From the NCBI GenBank assembly GCA_964626665.1, contig CAZVGK010000046.1, positions 1 to 17,752 of the forward strand: a stretch of 17,752 nucleotides of DNA. The letters run 5' to 3'. Both the position numbers and the translations under genes were made by a program. Of this stretch, positions 1 to 9,231 are shown piece by piece (the first letter of the stretch is position 1; every line of letters begins with the position of its first letter). Origin of the DNA: an uncultured Gemmatimonadota bacterium. Lineage in GTDB: Bacteria > SM23-81 > DAOVCL01. The notes below the pieces were generated by a model. That model was not told the origin of the DNA. It made no database searches and saw only the letters and a list, made by a program, of their open reading frames with translations.

Positions 1-129
1 GGTTTGTCAAGCATTTTCAATATTTATTTTAAAAAATTAAAGATGGAATCCCTGTGCAGAGAAAACAAAGGTTTGAATGTAAATTGCGGTATATACCAGG
101 TGAAAGCCTGAAGCCGCAAGTATCTTTCT

Positions 130-350
130 TACTATCAGTGAAATCTGTGGCCATTATTTGCTGGCAACTCTGCTGGACTGTGTAGCTCCGTTAGATCCAG
201 TGGTAATTTCACCACGGATAACCACGGAACAGCACAGATGAAAACTAAATTTTTCTTAAACTTCTTCATATAGCTCCGTGAGGTTCCGTGGTGAGTAGGG
301 CAGTCCGTGTAATCTGTGGCTATGTTTGGTTGCGGCTTTGCTGCACTGTG
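130..350. repeat. Degenerate short-unit inverted repeat cluster (CCACGGA/CACAGA versus TCCGTG/TCTGTG units)
   Basis: accacggataaccacggaacagcacagat is followed by ctccgtgaggttccgtggtg and tccgtgtaatctgtggc, so tandem 8-10 nt units face each other downstream of comM. Confidence 0.55.
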
Positions 351-359
351 AACTGTTCC

Positions 360-1895
360 TCACATCCAGAGGTTGCGGTCTAAGCTTCTGTATTGAATGG
401 CCTCGGAGATATACTCTGGCATTATCCTCTCGGCTCCCTCCAAGTCAGCTATTGTCCTGGCCACCTTAAGGATCCGATCATAAGCCCTAGCTGAGAGGCC
501 AAACTTGGTAATAGCCGTGCGCAGCAGTTCATCGGAATCCGAGTCTATCTTACAGTATTTCCTTATCCCTTTTGAATCCATATCGGCATTACAAAAAAGG
601 TTTTTCTTTCCCTTAAACCTGTCCAATTGAACCTGGCGGGCCCTGTTTACCCTCTCCCTGATTACCTCAGAGGGTTCCCCTGTCGACTCTCCAGAGAGCT
701 CCTTGTATCTCACCGCTGGGACCTCGATCTGAATGTCTATCCGGTCCAGAAGAGGGCCGGAGATTTTGGACCTATACTTCTGGATCTGCATGGTGGTGCA
801 AGTGCAGGTGTGGTTAGGATCTCCATAGTAGCCGCAGGGGCAAGGGTTCATCGCCGCGGCCAACATAAAGTTAGACGGATAGGTGATGGAGACCAAAGCC
901 CGGGAAATGGTTACCATTCCATCCTCCATTGGCTGCCTCATCACCTCCAAGACATTTCTGCGGAACTCAGGGAGCTCATCAAGAAATAAGACCCCATGAT
1001 GGGCCAGGCTCACCTCCCCCGGCTTGGGGTGTTGTCCCCCCCCAATCAACCCCGCATCAGAGATGGTGTGGTGGGGAGAGCGAAAGGGGCGGATGGCAAT
1101 AAGGGCGGTGTGAGGAGAGAGAAGTCCACTTACCGAATGTATCTTGGTGGTCTCAATGGCCTCCTCTAAGGTAAGGTTGGGGAGGATGGTGGGCAGTCGG
1201 CGGGCCAGCATGGTCTTACCAGAGCCGGGGGGGCCGATCATCAGGATGTTGTGCCCCCCAGCAGCGGCCACCTCCAAGGCCCTTTTCACATGCTCTTGAC
1301 CTCTCACATCGGTGAAATCAACCGTATACGCCAGGGCCTTTTTAAAGACCTCCTCTATATCCACCGAGAAGGGTTTTATCTCATTTTCCCCACGGAGAAA
1401 GCCGATTGCCTCCTTAAGGGAGGCCACTGGATATACATTGAGGCCCTGGGCCATTGCCGCCTCCTGGGCATTCACCGGAGGGAGAAGCATCCCCTCCATC
1501 CCCTTGCTTTTGGCCTCCACCGCCATAGGCAATGCCCCCCTTATGGGGCGAAGTCCACCATCAAGGGAGAGCTCCCCTAAGATCACATTCTTGGCCAACT
1601 GATCTGACCTCACCTGGCCGGTGGCCGCCAAGATACCCACGGCAATGGGTAAATCGAAGGCAGAGCCTTCCTTCTTGATGTCCGCCGGGGCCAGGTTTAT
1701 GGTCACCCTCTTGGTGGGGAAGTAGAAGCCGCTGTTCTTAATGGCAGCAGTGACCCTCTCCTTGCTCTCCTTGACCGCACCTTCGGGCAGGCCCACGGTG
1801 GAGAAGGAGGGAAGATGGGAGGAGATGTCTGCCTCTACTTCCAATATATAGGCATCAATCCCCAAGACCGCACTACTGAGAACTTTGGCAATCAT
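360..1895 (-). CDS. comM: YifB/ComM family Mg-chelatase-like AAA+ ATPase
   Basis: 511 aa. N-terminal [13 protein letters not shown] and [19 protein letters not shown], Walker [73 protein letters not shown]. Confidence 0.97.
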   Translation of the reverse strand: MIAKVLSSAVLGIDAYILEVEADISSHLPSFSTVGLPEGAVKESKERVTAAIKNSGFYFPTKRVTINLAPADIKKEGSAFDLPIAVGILAATGQVRSDQLAKNVILGELSLDGGLRPIRGALPMAVEAKSKGMEGMLLPPVNAQEAAMAQGLNVYPVASLKEAIGFLRGENEIKPFSVDIEEVFKKALAYTVDFTDVRGQEHVKRALEVAAAGGHNILMIGPPGSGKTMLARRLPTILPNLTLEEAIETTKIHSVSGLLSPHTALIAIRPFRSPHHTISDAGLIGGGQHPKPGEVSLAHHGVLFLDELPEFRRNVLEVMRQPMEDGMVTISRALVSITYPSNFMLAAAMNPCPCGYYGDPNHTCTCTTMQIQKYRSKISGPLLDRIDIQIEVPAVRYKELSGESTGEPSEVIRERVNRARQVQLDRFKGKKNLFCNADMDSKGIRKYCKIDSDSDELLRTAITKFGLSARAYDRILKVARTIADLEGAERIMPEYISEAIQYRSLDRNLWM

Positions 1896-1906
1896 TTTGT
1901 AAGGTT

Positions 1907-1934
1907 ATTATAAAAGCAGGGAGGACAATGTCAA
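1907..1934 (-). promoter_or_regulatory. Sigma70-type promoter for comM
   Basis: Minus strand TTGACA (1934-1929), 16-nt spacer, TATAAT (1912-1907), 11 nt before the ATG at 1895. Confidence 0.7.
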
Positions 1935-2119
1935 GTCTTTTGTGGGGGAATATGAGGAGGTTATCTACAACCGTCGAGGGACCCGTGTGGTTAACCCAAA
2001 TGGCCTCCCTGGTTAGGAGGAAAGGGCTTGCCCTCTGGCTCGATTTCAAGGCAAGAAGGGCTTAGACGGCTGAGCGGTTAATCCATCCTTGCTGAGCCGT
2101 GTTCTAACGGCAAAGAAAA

Positions 2120-2148
2120 AGGTGACTGAAGAGGGCTTCTGCCACCTC
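2120..2148. repeat. GGTGGCAGA-loop-TCTGCCACC hairpin repeat, copy 1
   Basis: Reverse complement gaggtggcagaagccctcttcagtcacct is nearly identical to 4794-4821. Confidence 0.75.
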
Positions 2149-2176
2149 TAATGTGGCCCAAATGGGCGCGACCAAT

Positions 2177-2266
2177 TTCCTTCCCCTTGATGGGTGAGGA
2201 TGAAGGAGAGGGTGAAGATTCCGTCGTCTCCCCCTCACCATATCCTCTATTCCAAGGAGGAGGGAA
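2177..2266. repeat. Imperfect long inverted repeat of the CCCCTCACC..TCCTCT type
   Basis: ttccttccccttgatgggtgaggatgaaggagagggtga versus ccccctcaccatatcctctattccaaggaggagggaa. Confidence 0.55.
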
Positions 2267-2278
2267 CAGGGCATCAGA

Positions 2279-2302
2279 AAAATAGGGAAACTTCCTATTT
2301 TT
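2279..2302 (-). terminator. Hairpin directly after the TonB gene stop, possible terminator
   Basis: aaaataggg-aaac-ttcctatttt adjacent to the stop codon at 2305; the stem is weak and AT-rich. Confidence 0.35.
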
Positions 2303-2304
2303 CC

Positions 2305-3192
2305 TTATCTGGGAACTACTGTGAATTTAACTGGATATGATATCCAAACCCGCACCGGTTTCCCATCCGATAGAGCTGGTTTAAACTTACACTTCCTTGC
2401 TGCCTCTATAGCCGCTTTGTCACAGTCCTCTCTTAATGATTGTATAACCTCAGTTTTAGTTACATTTCCAGTTGTGTCCACAAAAAGCTTGAGGATAACC
2501 ATGCCCGATACCTTATCCCTCAGAGCACCTGGAGGGTACTCTGGTTTAACAAACTTTATCACCTCAGGTGGGGTATAGGATGCGCCAACTGTTTCCTTCA
2601 CTTTGGTTGCAGAGAGCGAAGGAGTAAAGGCAAAAAACGACGCTTTATTCCCTTCTTTCTCCATCATCCTACCCACAAGCACAGGTTTTTCCCCCTTTAC
2701 CGAGATGTCCGTGCCCAAATAAGGTTGCCCATCCTTTGTCACCTCAAGCTGTAATTGGATCATCCCACTTTCCTCAATCCTGAGGGGTAAGATCTTCACC
2801 ACAAAACTGTCCTCCTTGCCCCCGTTGCCAACTGTGAAATGGGTTGTCCGAGGGGTTCTTGTGTTCGGCCTGAGTGGATCCTTGATCTGGTAAACGAACC
2901 GGAAGGATCGGACAAGCTGGAAACTGGAGAATGAATAGAGAGCCTTCAATTTTTGGTAATAGCCATCTACCCCTTTTGCCGTCTGCTCCAAAACGGAAAC
3001 TGAAATCTCAGGAGCAGGTGGATAGACTAATTCATCTCCATTTGAAGAGGCCTGAATGATATATCCATCGATGATAAGAAAGGGCTTTTTGAGCAAATCT
3101 ACTTTACCCCTCTCCCCACCATAGCCGAAAACAGGAAAGAGGCAAATGAGAATGGGAAGAGAAAACAACCATAGCCTCTTTTGAGAAGACAT
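2305..3192 (-). CDS. Exported or membrane-anchored protein with C-terminal TonB domain (energy transducer TonB family)
   Basis: Hydrophobic N-terminus; C-terminal PEYP..A....VSGMVILKLFVDTTGNV...CDKAAIEAARKCKFKPA..GKPV.VWISYPVKF; GGGAGG ribosome binding site upstream. Confidence 0.85.
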   Translation of the reverse strand: MSSQKRLWLFSLPILICLFPVFGYGGERGKVDLLKKPFLIIDGYIIQASSNGDELVYPPAPEISVSVLEQTAKGVDGYYQKLKALYSFSSFQLVRSFRFVYQIKDPLRPNTRTPRTTHFTVGNGGKEDSFVVKILPLRIEESGMIQLQLEVTKDGQPYLGTDISVKGEKPVLVGRMMEKEGNKASFFAFTPSLSATKVKETVGASYTPPEVIKFVKPEYPPGALRDKVSGMVILKLFVDTTGNVTKTEVIQSLREDCDKAAIEAARKCKFKPALSDGKPVRVWISYPVKFTVVPR

Positions 3193-3262
3193 AATCCCTC
3201 CCTGGTTTAGTTTTCTCGAGAGCCGTCAGATCCCTTGATCTTACGGAGAAGGGGGCAAAATG

Positions 3263-4100
3263 GTCGGGTAAAGAACAGGCGCATAGCAGTTGTAAGGCCA
3301 ATTTATGACTGTCACCAGTCAATCGCAATGTCGATTAAGTGCCTGCGGATGGCACCCTCCCAACATCTATGTTTCCTGCTCCTCCCCTAAAATTCCGTAC
3401 ATCGGGTTTTCCCACAGTACGGCTTCAAGTCCAGGCGCCTCTCAGCTCGCTGTGAGCCCTTCCCTGAACACCTGCTTCAGACTACGTCTGACCCCCGACT
3501 ATCTGATACAGATACCCAGGTTTGACCCACGCTTAGAGACATCGGTTTTGTTGACATCTTTATTCCATCTCTAAGTCTGGAAGATGTATCCCCATTGCCC
3601 CCTCCTGAACCCAGAGGCCCTCGCTCCACCAAGTTTATCATCCTCTCGGCTTCATCACTTATCGGCCTCATCCGCCAGTCTGCAGACCTCCGTTCCACTT
3701 CCCTTCTCAGGTTATAGGTCCGGCCTTTGTCATTCAAGGATCATCCTGACTGGCCTGCAGACCTTCCGAGCTTTCTCTGCTGACCTCTCCAGAATTGCCG
3801 CCTTCAGTCCGCCGGGAGCCTCCTTGTGTGCTCTCCCCAGTTCCTTCCACAAGGATACCAGCCATCACCCCGAACCCCAGGAGGTTTGGCGACTCCAACA
3901 AGGTGGCTTTTCGACGCCTACTCCGTTCGCTCTCGCTACGGCCCTTCTGGTTGCTCGCCTCCCTAAAAGAAGGCTTTTACTTCCGAGCTTTCAGCCATAG
4001 AGGTCACCCCCAATGACTGTCGGATATAACTACGCTGCCAAACTGGGAATTGCAACGGTGGGACTTTCACCCACAAGGTCAGCAGATAGCTTCGCTGCAC
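3263..4100 (-). mobile_element. Group II intron RNA lacking an intron-encoded RT ORF (838 nt)
   Basis: 5' end GTGCAGCGAAGC at 4100. The 5' segment agctatctgctgacct pairs with aggtcagcagagaaagct (about 3787-3770) to close domain I. Domain V is AAGCCGTACTGTGGGAAAACCCGATGTACGGAATTT (3425-3390) with AGC triad. Domain VI runs gcagg...gcgcctgttctttACCCGAC, ending in AC at 3263. No RT motifs in any frame. Confidence 0.88.
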
Positions 4101-4115
4101 GGGCTCTGCCACCTC

Positions 4116-4202
4116 AGTTGGAATTCGAGGAACCTGCCCTCGATCAATGTTGCGTAAGTCTCGTTCTGCGGATCCCTTCCATCGAATCTCATAGGAGTCC
4201 AC
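4116..4202 (-). pseudogene. Truncated RelE/ParE-family toxin (N-terminal ~27 aa only)
   Basis: MDSYEIRWKGSAERDLRNIDRGQVPRI resembles RelE N-termini and overlaps the antitoxin stop. Similarity ends at the hairpin repeat/intron. Confidence 0.7.
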
Positions 4203-4382
4203 CTTTTTTCAGCCGCTTTTTAAGTTCCTCGAAAGTTATCGTAGGCTCATCCCGGCGCTCAGCAATGATTGCAAGGTCCTGAAGATCTTCTAAAAGTTCT
4301 TCATACTCCTCAATAGGAAGAACTACTGCTATTTTTTTTGTCCCCTTTCATCTACAATATATTGCCCTTGAAATTTCTTCAA
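4189..4382 (-). pseudogene. Small antitoxin-like protein, frameshifted at an A8 run
   Basis: AGGAGG RBS, TTG at 4382: MKKFQGQYIVDERGQK, frameshift at 4332-4339, then IAVVLPIEEYEELLEDLQDLAIIAERRDEPTITFEELKKRLKKGGLL*. Not in the ORF track. Confidence 0.75.
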
Positions 4383-4645
4383 TACTTGCCTCCTTGAATT
4401 TCCAACTCTTGGTTCCATCTAATAACCCGGGTTCCGAAAAACCGTGAGTTGCCTCTGTAAATGTCTGAAGAAATTTTAGATATATTGCCAGAATCTGTGA
4501 ACTGCAATTCCCCTCGAGATCCAAACATCTCTATATTTCAATAAGTTACTTTGTTTCTCTTCTCTCACTAAAGCCTGTGGCTACCGATTGCACAACCAAA
4601 AAGGCAAATCAGCATGGTGTCCCCAAAATTATCTTGACTATATGA

Positions 4646-4765
4646 GAGAGGTCTCCTGACCTTTCAAGCGCTGTCAGCCCCGTTCCGACGGGATTCCTGG
4701 CGGAAGAGGTAACTCCTGACAGCACATTTTTGACCGGCATCGGGAGATTCTCCCACAACATACAC
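4646..4765 (+). repeat. ~120-bp REPIN/MITE-like element, copy A
   Basis: Highly similar to the reverse complement of 10966-11086, including the identical core gctgtcagccccgttccgacgggattcctggcggaagaggtaactcctga. Confidence 0.85.
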
Positions 4766-4793
4766 TTACCCGGCTTTAGCTGGGGGTTCCCGT

Positions 4794-4821
4794 GAGGTGG
4801 CAGAAGCCCTCTCCTGCCACC
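4794..4821. repeat. GGTGGCAGA hairpin repeat, copy 2 (could also act as terminator of the activase operon)
   Basis: gaggtggcagaagccctctcctgccacc, about 30 nt past the stop at 4850. Confidence 0.75.
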
Positions 4822-4849
4822 CGATTATCCTGGGGTAATGGGTGGTGGG

Positions 4850-5038
4850 TTATTTTGGTTTGGGTAAGTCAGCTTTGGCCTGGGTGAGGTTGTGGAGGAG
4901 ATCCATAACCTCGGCCTCAGCCCTTTTCAGGTACCGGAGAAGATCATATCCTTGGGCCTGGCCCTTGGCCTGTGAGAGCTTGACGCGTAGCTTCTCCCCC
5001 AAATCTATACATTCCCCTATCTGCTGGCTGAGGGTCAT
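4850..5038 (-). CDS. Small hypothetical helical protein, 62 aa
   Basis: ATGA overlap with the stop of the upstream large gene, preceded by GGGGAG; amphipathic helical composition. Confidence 0.65.
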   Translation of the reverse strand: MTLSQQIGECIDLGEKLRVKLSQAKGQAQGYDLLRYLKRAEAEVMDLLHNLTQAKADLPKPK

Positions 5039-8000
5039 TCTCCCCTTCTGCTCTTGCTAAAGCCCCTTGCCTGGTGGATGAAGGCCTCTAACCTCGTTTG
5101 AGCTGTGGCCTCCTCTAAACCATCGTAGGCCATATCCAGCCAGGGCAGGCCATCAAGGTCTTCCCGTAGCTTCTTGGCTACCGCGCTAACTATGGTCCCG
5201 GGCATACAGGTAAAGGGCATAGTGTTTACAATCCCCGAGGCCCCCTTCTTCACCAGGTCTATGGCCTTCCCTACTGTGAGGATGGCCTCCCCGCCAAAGG
5301 TGTGGTGGAAGTAGGGACTGGCCAATTTGATTAGCTCCTCGGTGCTGGGCTCCTCCCCATCCCGCAACAGGCGGTGAGCCGACTTGTAGATCCTTGCTTC
5401 ATCCCACCTCTGCACCATATCCTGCAGGTAGCCCTTCGCATACTCTAAATGCCTGCCTCTGGCCTTGGACCTATACTTATACATAAAGTTGGTGTAGAAT
5501 ATCCACTCACAAAAAGAAGCTAACTGGGTTTCCCCTCCCAACGATTCTACCCTTTTGATTACATTGTTGTTGGAAAAGAGATTTGATCTGATGAATATCT
5601 CCCCCACCACCCCGATGAGCGGCTTGTCCCCATCCTTAGCCCTCCTTATCGCGCTAAACCTCCCCAGGCAACTACCCACGGTCCACCCCAGGTTCCCCTT
5701 GGCCTCCACAGTTTGGCAGACATCCTGTAGACATTGGGAATATACTGACTCTGTGGTCCCTTTCTCCAGTTCATAGGGGCGAAGATGGTGGAGGACCTTT
5801 TGCAGCAAGTCCACAGCCAGCATCCCCTGCCAAGCCCGGTGACGGAAACCGCTGTCCACATTGCCGAAATCGTTATAGGAGGTCTCCGAATCCGGCGAGA
5901 CAAGCGGGATGTCTTCATAACCCTGCTCATCGAGGATTATCCTGTGCAGATGATTGTATTGCCCAAAGCGACAAGGCCCTTCTGCCTTGGGCATAAAGAA
6001 GGCCGTCTTCTCGGGCTCAAAACCCGGAGATTTGATCATTTTCACCAGATCCCCGGTGGTGAGGATAAAGGGAAAGCACTCCTTGCCGGAGGTATATTTC
6101 CTCCCCCACTTGAGGGATTCCTCGTCGGTGGGCGGCATCACCTCAGCCCGCACCCCTGTCGCCCGCAGGGCAGCCTTAAGGGCAAAGGCCTGATCACTCA
6201 TATAGGGGATATAGAGGGTGCGTAGCTTCCCATTGGTGAAGATCACCTCGGGTAGGGGCTTGGCCCCTTCTGGCTCTTCCCGGTAAGACTTCAAGCTGTC
6301 CAAGAAGGCCTCACACCTGGTGATCACCCCCGCATCGGCAGAGTGTTCGTCTATCTCGATGAGCAGGTAGGGCTTCCCCTGCATCTTCTCCCGGAAGAAG
6401 TGGGTAATGAATGAATCGGCCCCACAACTGAAGTTGGTGAGGTATAAGGCAAAGAGCCTCTTATCCCGGGAGATAAGCTCTGCGGCACTCATTATCTTCT
6501 GGCCATACCTCCAATACATATCCGAGTATTTATTGGATAGATTAACCTCCTCTATGGGGAGAAGATCCATTGGTATGGGGAGAACCCCTAACTTGCGCAA
6601 CTTCTTGGCCAGGTCCAGGTTGACCCCAGGATCACAGCCGTTGTAGGGACGGCTGACGAGGACGATGGCCTTCCTATCTGAAGGTAGCTCCTCCAAGGCC
6701 TTCTGCCCTAAGGAGAGAAGCTTACTGTAGAACCTCTCTTGAGCCGCTTCCGCCTCCTTCATCGCCTCCTTTATCTTCCCAGCCGATTTCCCCAACTCCT
6801 TGCCGAATTTGATGAGCTCCCTCTCCTGATATTTTCTCTCCCAGTGAAGGTGGAATGGGGGATAGAGGAGCTTGCTGGAATAAGGGGTGAAATCTATTGC
6901 TGAGCGGACGAGATAGGGGATGGCCTGGACATAGGGACAGTTGTAACTCTGCTTCAAACCCTGCTTGGAGGGCATATCTATTATGCTGGGCAGGAAGATA
7001 TAATCGACGCCCTTCTTGAGAAGGTCGATGACATGGCCATGGGCCACCTTGACGGGGAAACAGGTCTCCCCGGTTACCGCCTCCAGGCCCTGGTTGATTA
7101 TCTCCTTGTTGGTTGGTTCGGAGAGGACGACCTCATAGCCCAGTTTGACAAAGAAGACCGTCCAGAAGGGGAGAAGCTCGTGAAAGTGAAGGGCAAGGGG
7201 CAGGCCAACCGTGGGCCCCTCTCCCTTTTTGGCCTTATTATAGGGCTCCAAGAGGGCCTCCCACCTGAGGTCAAAAAGATCGGGTAGGTCCTTCCCCTTA
7301 TCTTCCCTTCTAACCTCATACTTCTCACATCTCCCCCCATAAAAGAGGGGGGCTTCCCCTTCGAACTTTACCACCTTAATTTCACAGCGGTTGGGGCAAC
7401 TGCGGCACTCAAAGGAGGAGAGCTTATACTTCCTCTGGCTTAAGTCAAACCCCTTGAACCTGCTCTTCCCCTCTCCCTTCTCCTCCATGGCCAAAATGGC
7501 GGCCCCTATTGCCCCGGTGACATCGTGATGGGGGGGAACGGTTATCGGCTTTCCGGTTACCTGCTCAAAGGCAGCCACCACCCCCTTGTTCCAGGCCACC
7601 CCGCCCTGGAAGAAAATCCTCTCCCCCACCCTCTTCCCAGCCACTACCCGGTTGAGGTAGTTGTAGACAATGGAGTAAGCTAATCCGGCCACCAGATCCT
7701 CTTTTTTGGCCCCAGCCGCCTGCTGGGCCACCAGATCGGACTCGATGAAGACAGTGCACCTCTCCCCCAAATTGGCCGGGGAAGGGGCACGCAGGGCCTT
7801 CTCTCCGAACTCGTTTACTATGTTAAAGTTAAGCTTCTGGGCCTGCTCCTCCAAGAAAGAGCCGGTGCCCGCAGCACAGACCTTGTTCATCTCGAAGTCA
7901 ACCACCGCCCCATCCCGCAGGCTGATATATTTTGAATCCTGCCCACCGATCTCGAAAATAGTATCCACCTGGGGATCGATCTCCACGGCTGCCCTGGCCT

Positions 8001-9192
8001 GGGAGGTTATCTCGTTACGCACCACATCTGCTCCCACAAAGTCTCCGGTGAGATACCTTCCCGAACCGGTTGTCCCTACACCTACTATCTCCACCTTCTC
8101 CCCCACTTCCCCCCCTATCTCCTGCAGTCCCCTCTTCACCGCCTCTATGGGACGGCCCGCGGTGGGCAGATACCGGCGGGCCAGAACCTTCTTCTGGCGA
8201 TCGAGGACGACCAGGTTGGTGGAGAGGGAACCCACATCTATCCCCAAGTAGGCCTCCGTCCCCCCCTGGGGAGGGAAGGAGACCGTCTCCTCATATCTCT
8301 TCCCCTGGGGGTTATACTGCAGCTTCTCCAATCCCTTCCCCAATGTGGGCTTTTCATTTAGATGATCGCGCAGTTTGTCCAGGCCAACAAACCCGGCCTC
8401 CCCCTTCTCCATAGCCATTAGCCCAGCCCCAATGGCCCCCAAGGAGGCGAAATGCTCGGGGATGACCAGCTTCCCTTCCTGCAGACCTAAGACCTTCTCA
8501 AAGGCCCTGACCATCCCCTGGTTGGCGGCCACCCCTCCCTGGAATGAGATGGGCTTGATGAACTTCTTCCCCCGGGCGATGCTGCTCTTGAAGTTGCGGG
8601 CCACGGCCAAGCAGAGTCCGGCCACGATGTCATAGTCGGCGGTTCCTATCTGCTGAAGGTGGATCATGTCCGATTTGGCAAAGACCGAGCAGCGTCCGGC
8701 AATGCGGGGTGGATTCTTTGACTTAAGGGCCAGTTGGGAGAACTCCTTTTCGATGGAGAGGCCCAACCTCTTAGCCTGTTGATCTAAAAAGGAACCTGTG
8801 CCAGCAGCGCACAGGGTATTCATCGCAAAATCCTCCACAATGGTCTCCTCTATCCTGGGATCCCACTGCAGCAGGATGATCTTGGAGTCCTCCCCCCCCA
8901 TCTCAATGACGGTGTGAATCTCCGGATGGAACTTCCCCATCGCCTTGGCCTGAGCAACTACCTCATTGACGAATATACCGCCTAAAAGCCTGCTGGCCAG
9001 TTTACCCCCCCCCCCGGTAGTCCCCAACCCCTGAGGAGACCCAGGGAGATCTTGCAGGATGCGGTAGGCAGTGGCCAGAGGTTGCCCTTGATGCCGGGTG
9101 TAGTCCCCCCAGACCACCTCGCCATTCCCGTTCAGAAGGACGGTGTTTACCGAAACCGAGCCGATGTCTAAACCTAAATAAAGGGGTTCCAT
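5035..9192 (-). CDS. CoA-substrate-specific enzyme activase fusion (2x BadF/BadG/BcrA/BcrD ATPase + DUF2229/2-hydroxyacyl-CoA dehydratase-like domains)
   Basis: Two ASKHA modules (GLDIGSVS..EMGGEDSK..MNTLCAAGTGSFL..GRCSVFAKSD; GIDVGSLS..EIGGQDSK..MNKVCAAGTGSFL..RCTVFIESD). Also C-x2-C-x3-C, CFPVKVAHGH, CPYVQ, NFSCGAD, EIDEH, GPCRFGQY, PFTCMPG. ATG at 9192 is preferred because the track's TTG at 9231 coincides with the -35 box. Confidence 0.92.
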   Translation of the reverse strand: MEPLYLGLDIGSVSVNTVLLNGNGEVVWGDYTRHQGQPLATAYRILQDLPGSPQGLGTTGGGGKLASRLLGGIFVNEVVAQAKAMGKFHPEIHTVIEMGGEDSKIILLQWDPRIEETIVEDFAMNTLCAAGTGSFLDQQAKRLGLSIEKEFSQLALKSKNPPRIAGRCSVFAKSDMIHLQQIGTADYDIVAGLCLAVARNFKSSIARGKKFIKPISFQGGVAANQGMVRAFEKVLGLQEGKLVIPEHFASLGAIGAGLMAMEKGEAGFVGLDKLRDHLNEKPTLGKGLEKLQYNPQGKRYEETVSFPPQGGTEAYLGIDVGSLSTNLVVLDRQKKVLARRYLPTAGRPIEAVKRGLQEIGGEVGEKVEIVGVGTTGSGRYLTGDFVGADVVRNEITSQARAAVEIDPQVDTIFEIGGQDSKYISLRDGAVVDFEMNKVCAAGTGSFLEEQAQKLNFNIVNEFGEKALRAPSPANLGERCTVFIESDLVAQQAAGAKKEDLVAGLAYSIVYNYLNRVVAGKRVGERIFFQGGVAWNKGVVAAFEQVTGKPITVPPHHDVTGAIGAAILAMEEKGEGKSRFKGFDLSQRKYKLSSFECRSCPNRCEIKVVKFEGEAPLFYGGRCEKYEVRREDKGKDLPDLFDLRWEALLEPYNKAKKGEGPTVGLPLALHFHELLPFWTVFFVKLGYEVVLSEPTNKEIINQGLEAVTGETCFPVKVAHGHVIDLLKKGVDYIFLPSIIDMPSKQGLKQSYNCPYVQAIPYLVRSAIDFTPYSSKLLYPPFHLHWERKYQERELIKFGKELGKSAGKIKEAMKEAEAAQERFYSKLLSLGQKALEELPSDRKAIVLVSRPYNGCDPGVNLDLAKKLRKLGVLPIPMDLLPIEEVNLSNKYSDMYWRYGQKIMSAAELISRDKRLFALYLTNFSCGADSFITHFFREKMQGKPYLLIEIDEHSADAGVITRCEAFLDSLKSYREEPEGAKPLPEVIFTNGKLRTLYIPYMSDQAFALKAALRATGVRAEVMPPTDEESLKWGRKYTSGKECFPFILTTGDLVKMIKSPGFEPEKTAFFMPKAEGPCRFGQYNHLHRIILDEQGYEDIPLVSPDSETSYNDFGNVDSGFRHRAWQGMLAVDLLQKVLHHLRPYELEKGTTESVYSQCLQDVCQTVEAKGNLGWTVGSCLGRFSAIRRAKDGDKPLIGVVGEIFIRSNLFSNNNVIKRVESLGGETQLASFCEWIFYTNFMYKYRSKARGRHLEYAKGYLQDMVQRWDEARIYKSAHRLLRDGEEPSTEELIKLASPYFHHTFGGEAILTVGKAIDLVKKGASGIVNTMPFTCMPGTIVSAVAKKLREDLDGLPWLDMAYDGLEEATAQTRLEAFIHQARGFSKSRRGE

Positions 9193-9202
9193 ATCAGGCC
9201 CA

Positions 9203-9231
9203 AATCTAATAGATGAGGCCAAACCTGTCAA
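9203..9231 (-). promoter_or_regulatory. Sigma70-type promoter for the activase gene
   Basis: TTGACA (9231-9226), 17-nt spacer, TAGATT (9208-9203), 10 nt before ATG 9192. Confidence 0.55.

Noticed and set aside
130-350. Possible CRISPR array here or at 10.9-11.9 kb
   Set aside because: There are no identical direct repeats with regular unique spacers and no cas genes.
360-1895. comM as a disrupted island integration site
   Set aside because: The gene is full length, with no integrase or duplicated fragment nearby.
3104-4016. Short ORFs overlapping the intron (3104-3328, 3305-3574, 3477-3737, 3584-4000, 3795-4016)
   Set aside because: They have no RT, maturase or other motifs and overlap structured intron RNA.
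3104-4202. Idea that splicing restores the RelE toxin
   Set aside because: The joined exons read VAEPHFAPFSVRSRD..., with no RelE C-terminal motifs such as YRIRVGDYR.
5555-8635. Alternate-frame and antisense ORFs within the activase gene (likewise within comM, TonB, IS3 and cassette genes)
   Set aside because: These are shadows of well-supported genes with no recognisable motifs.
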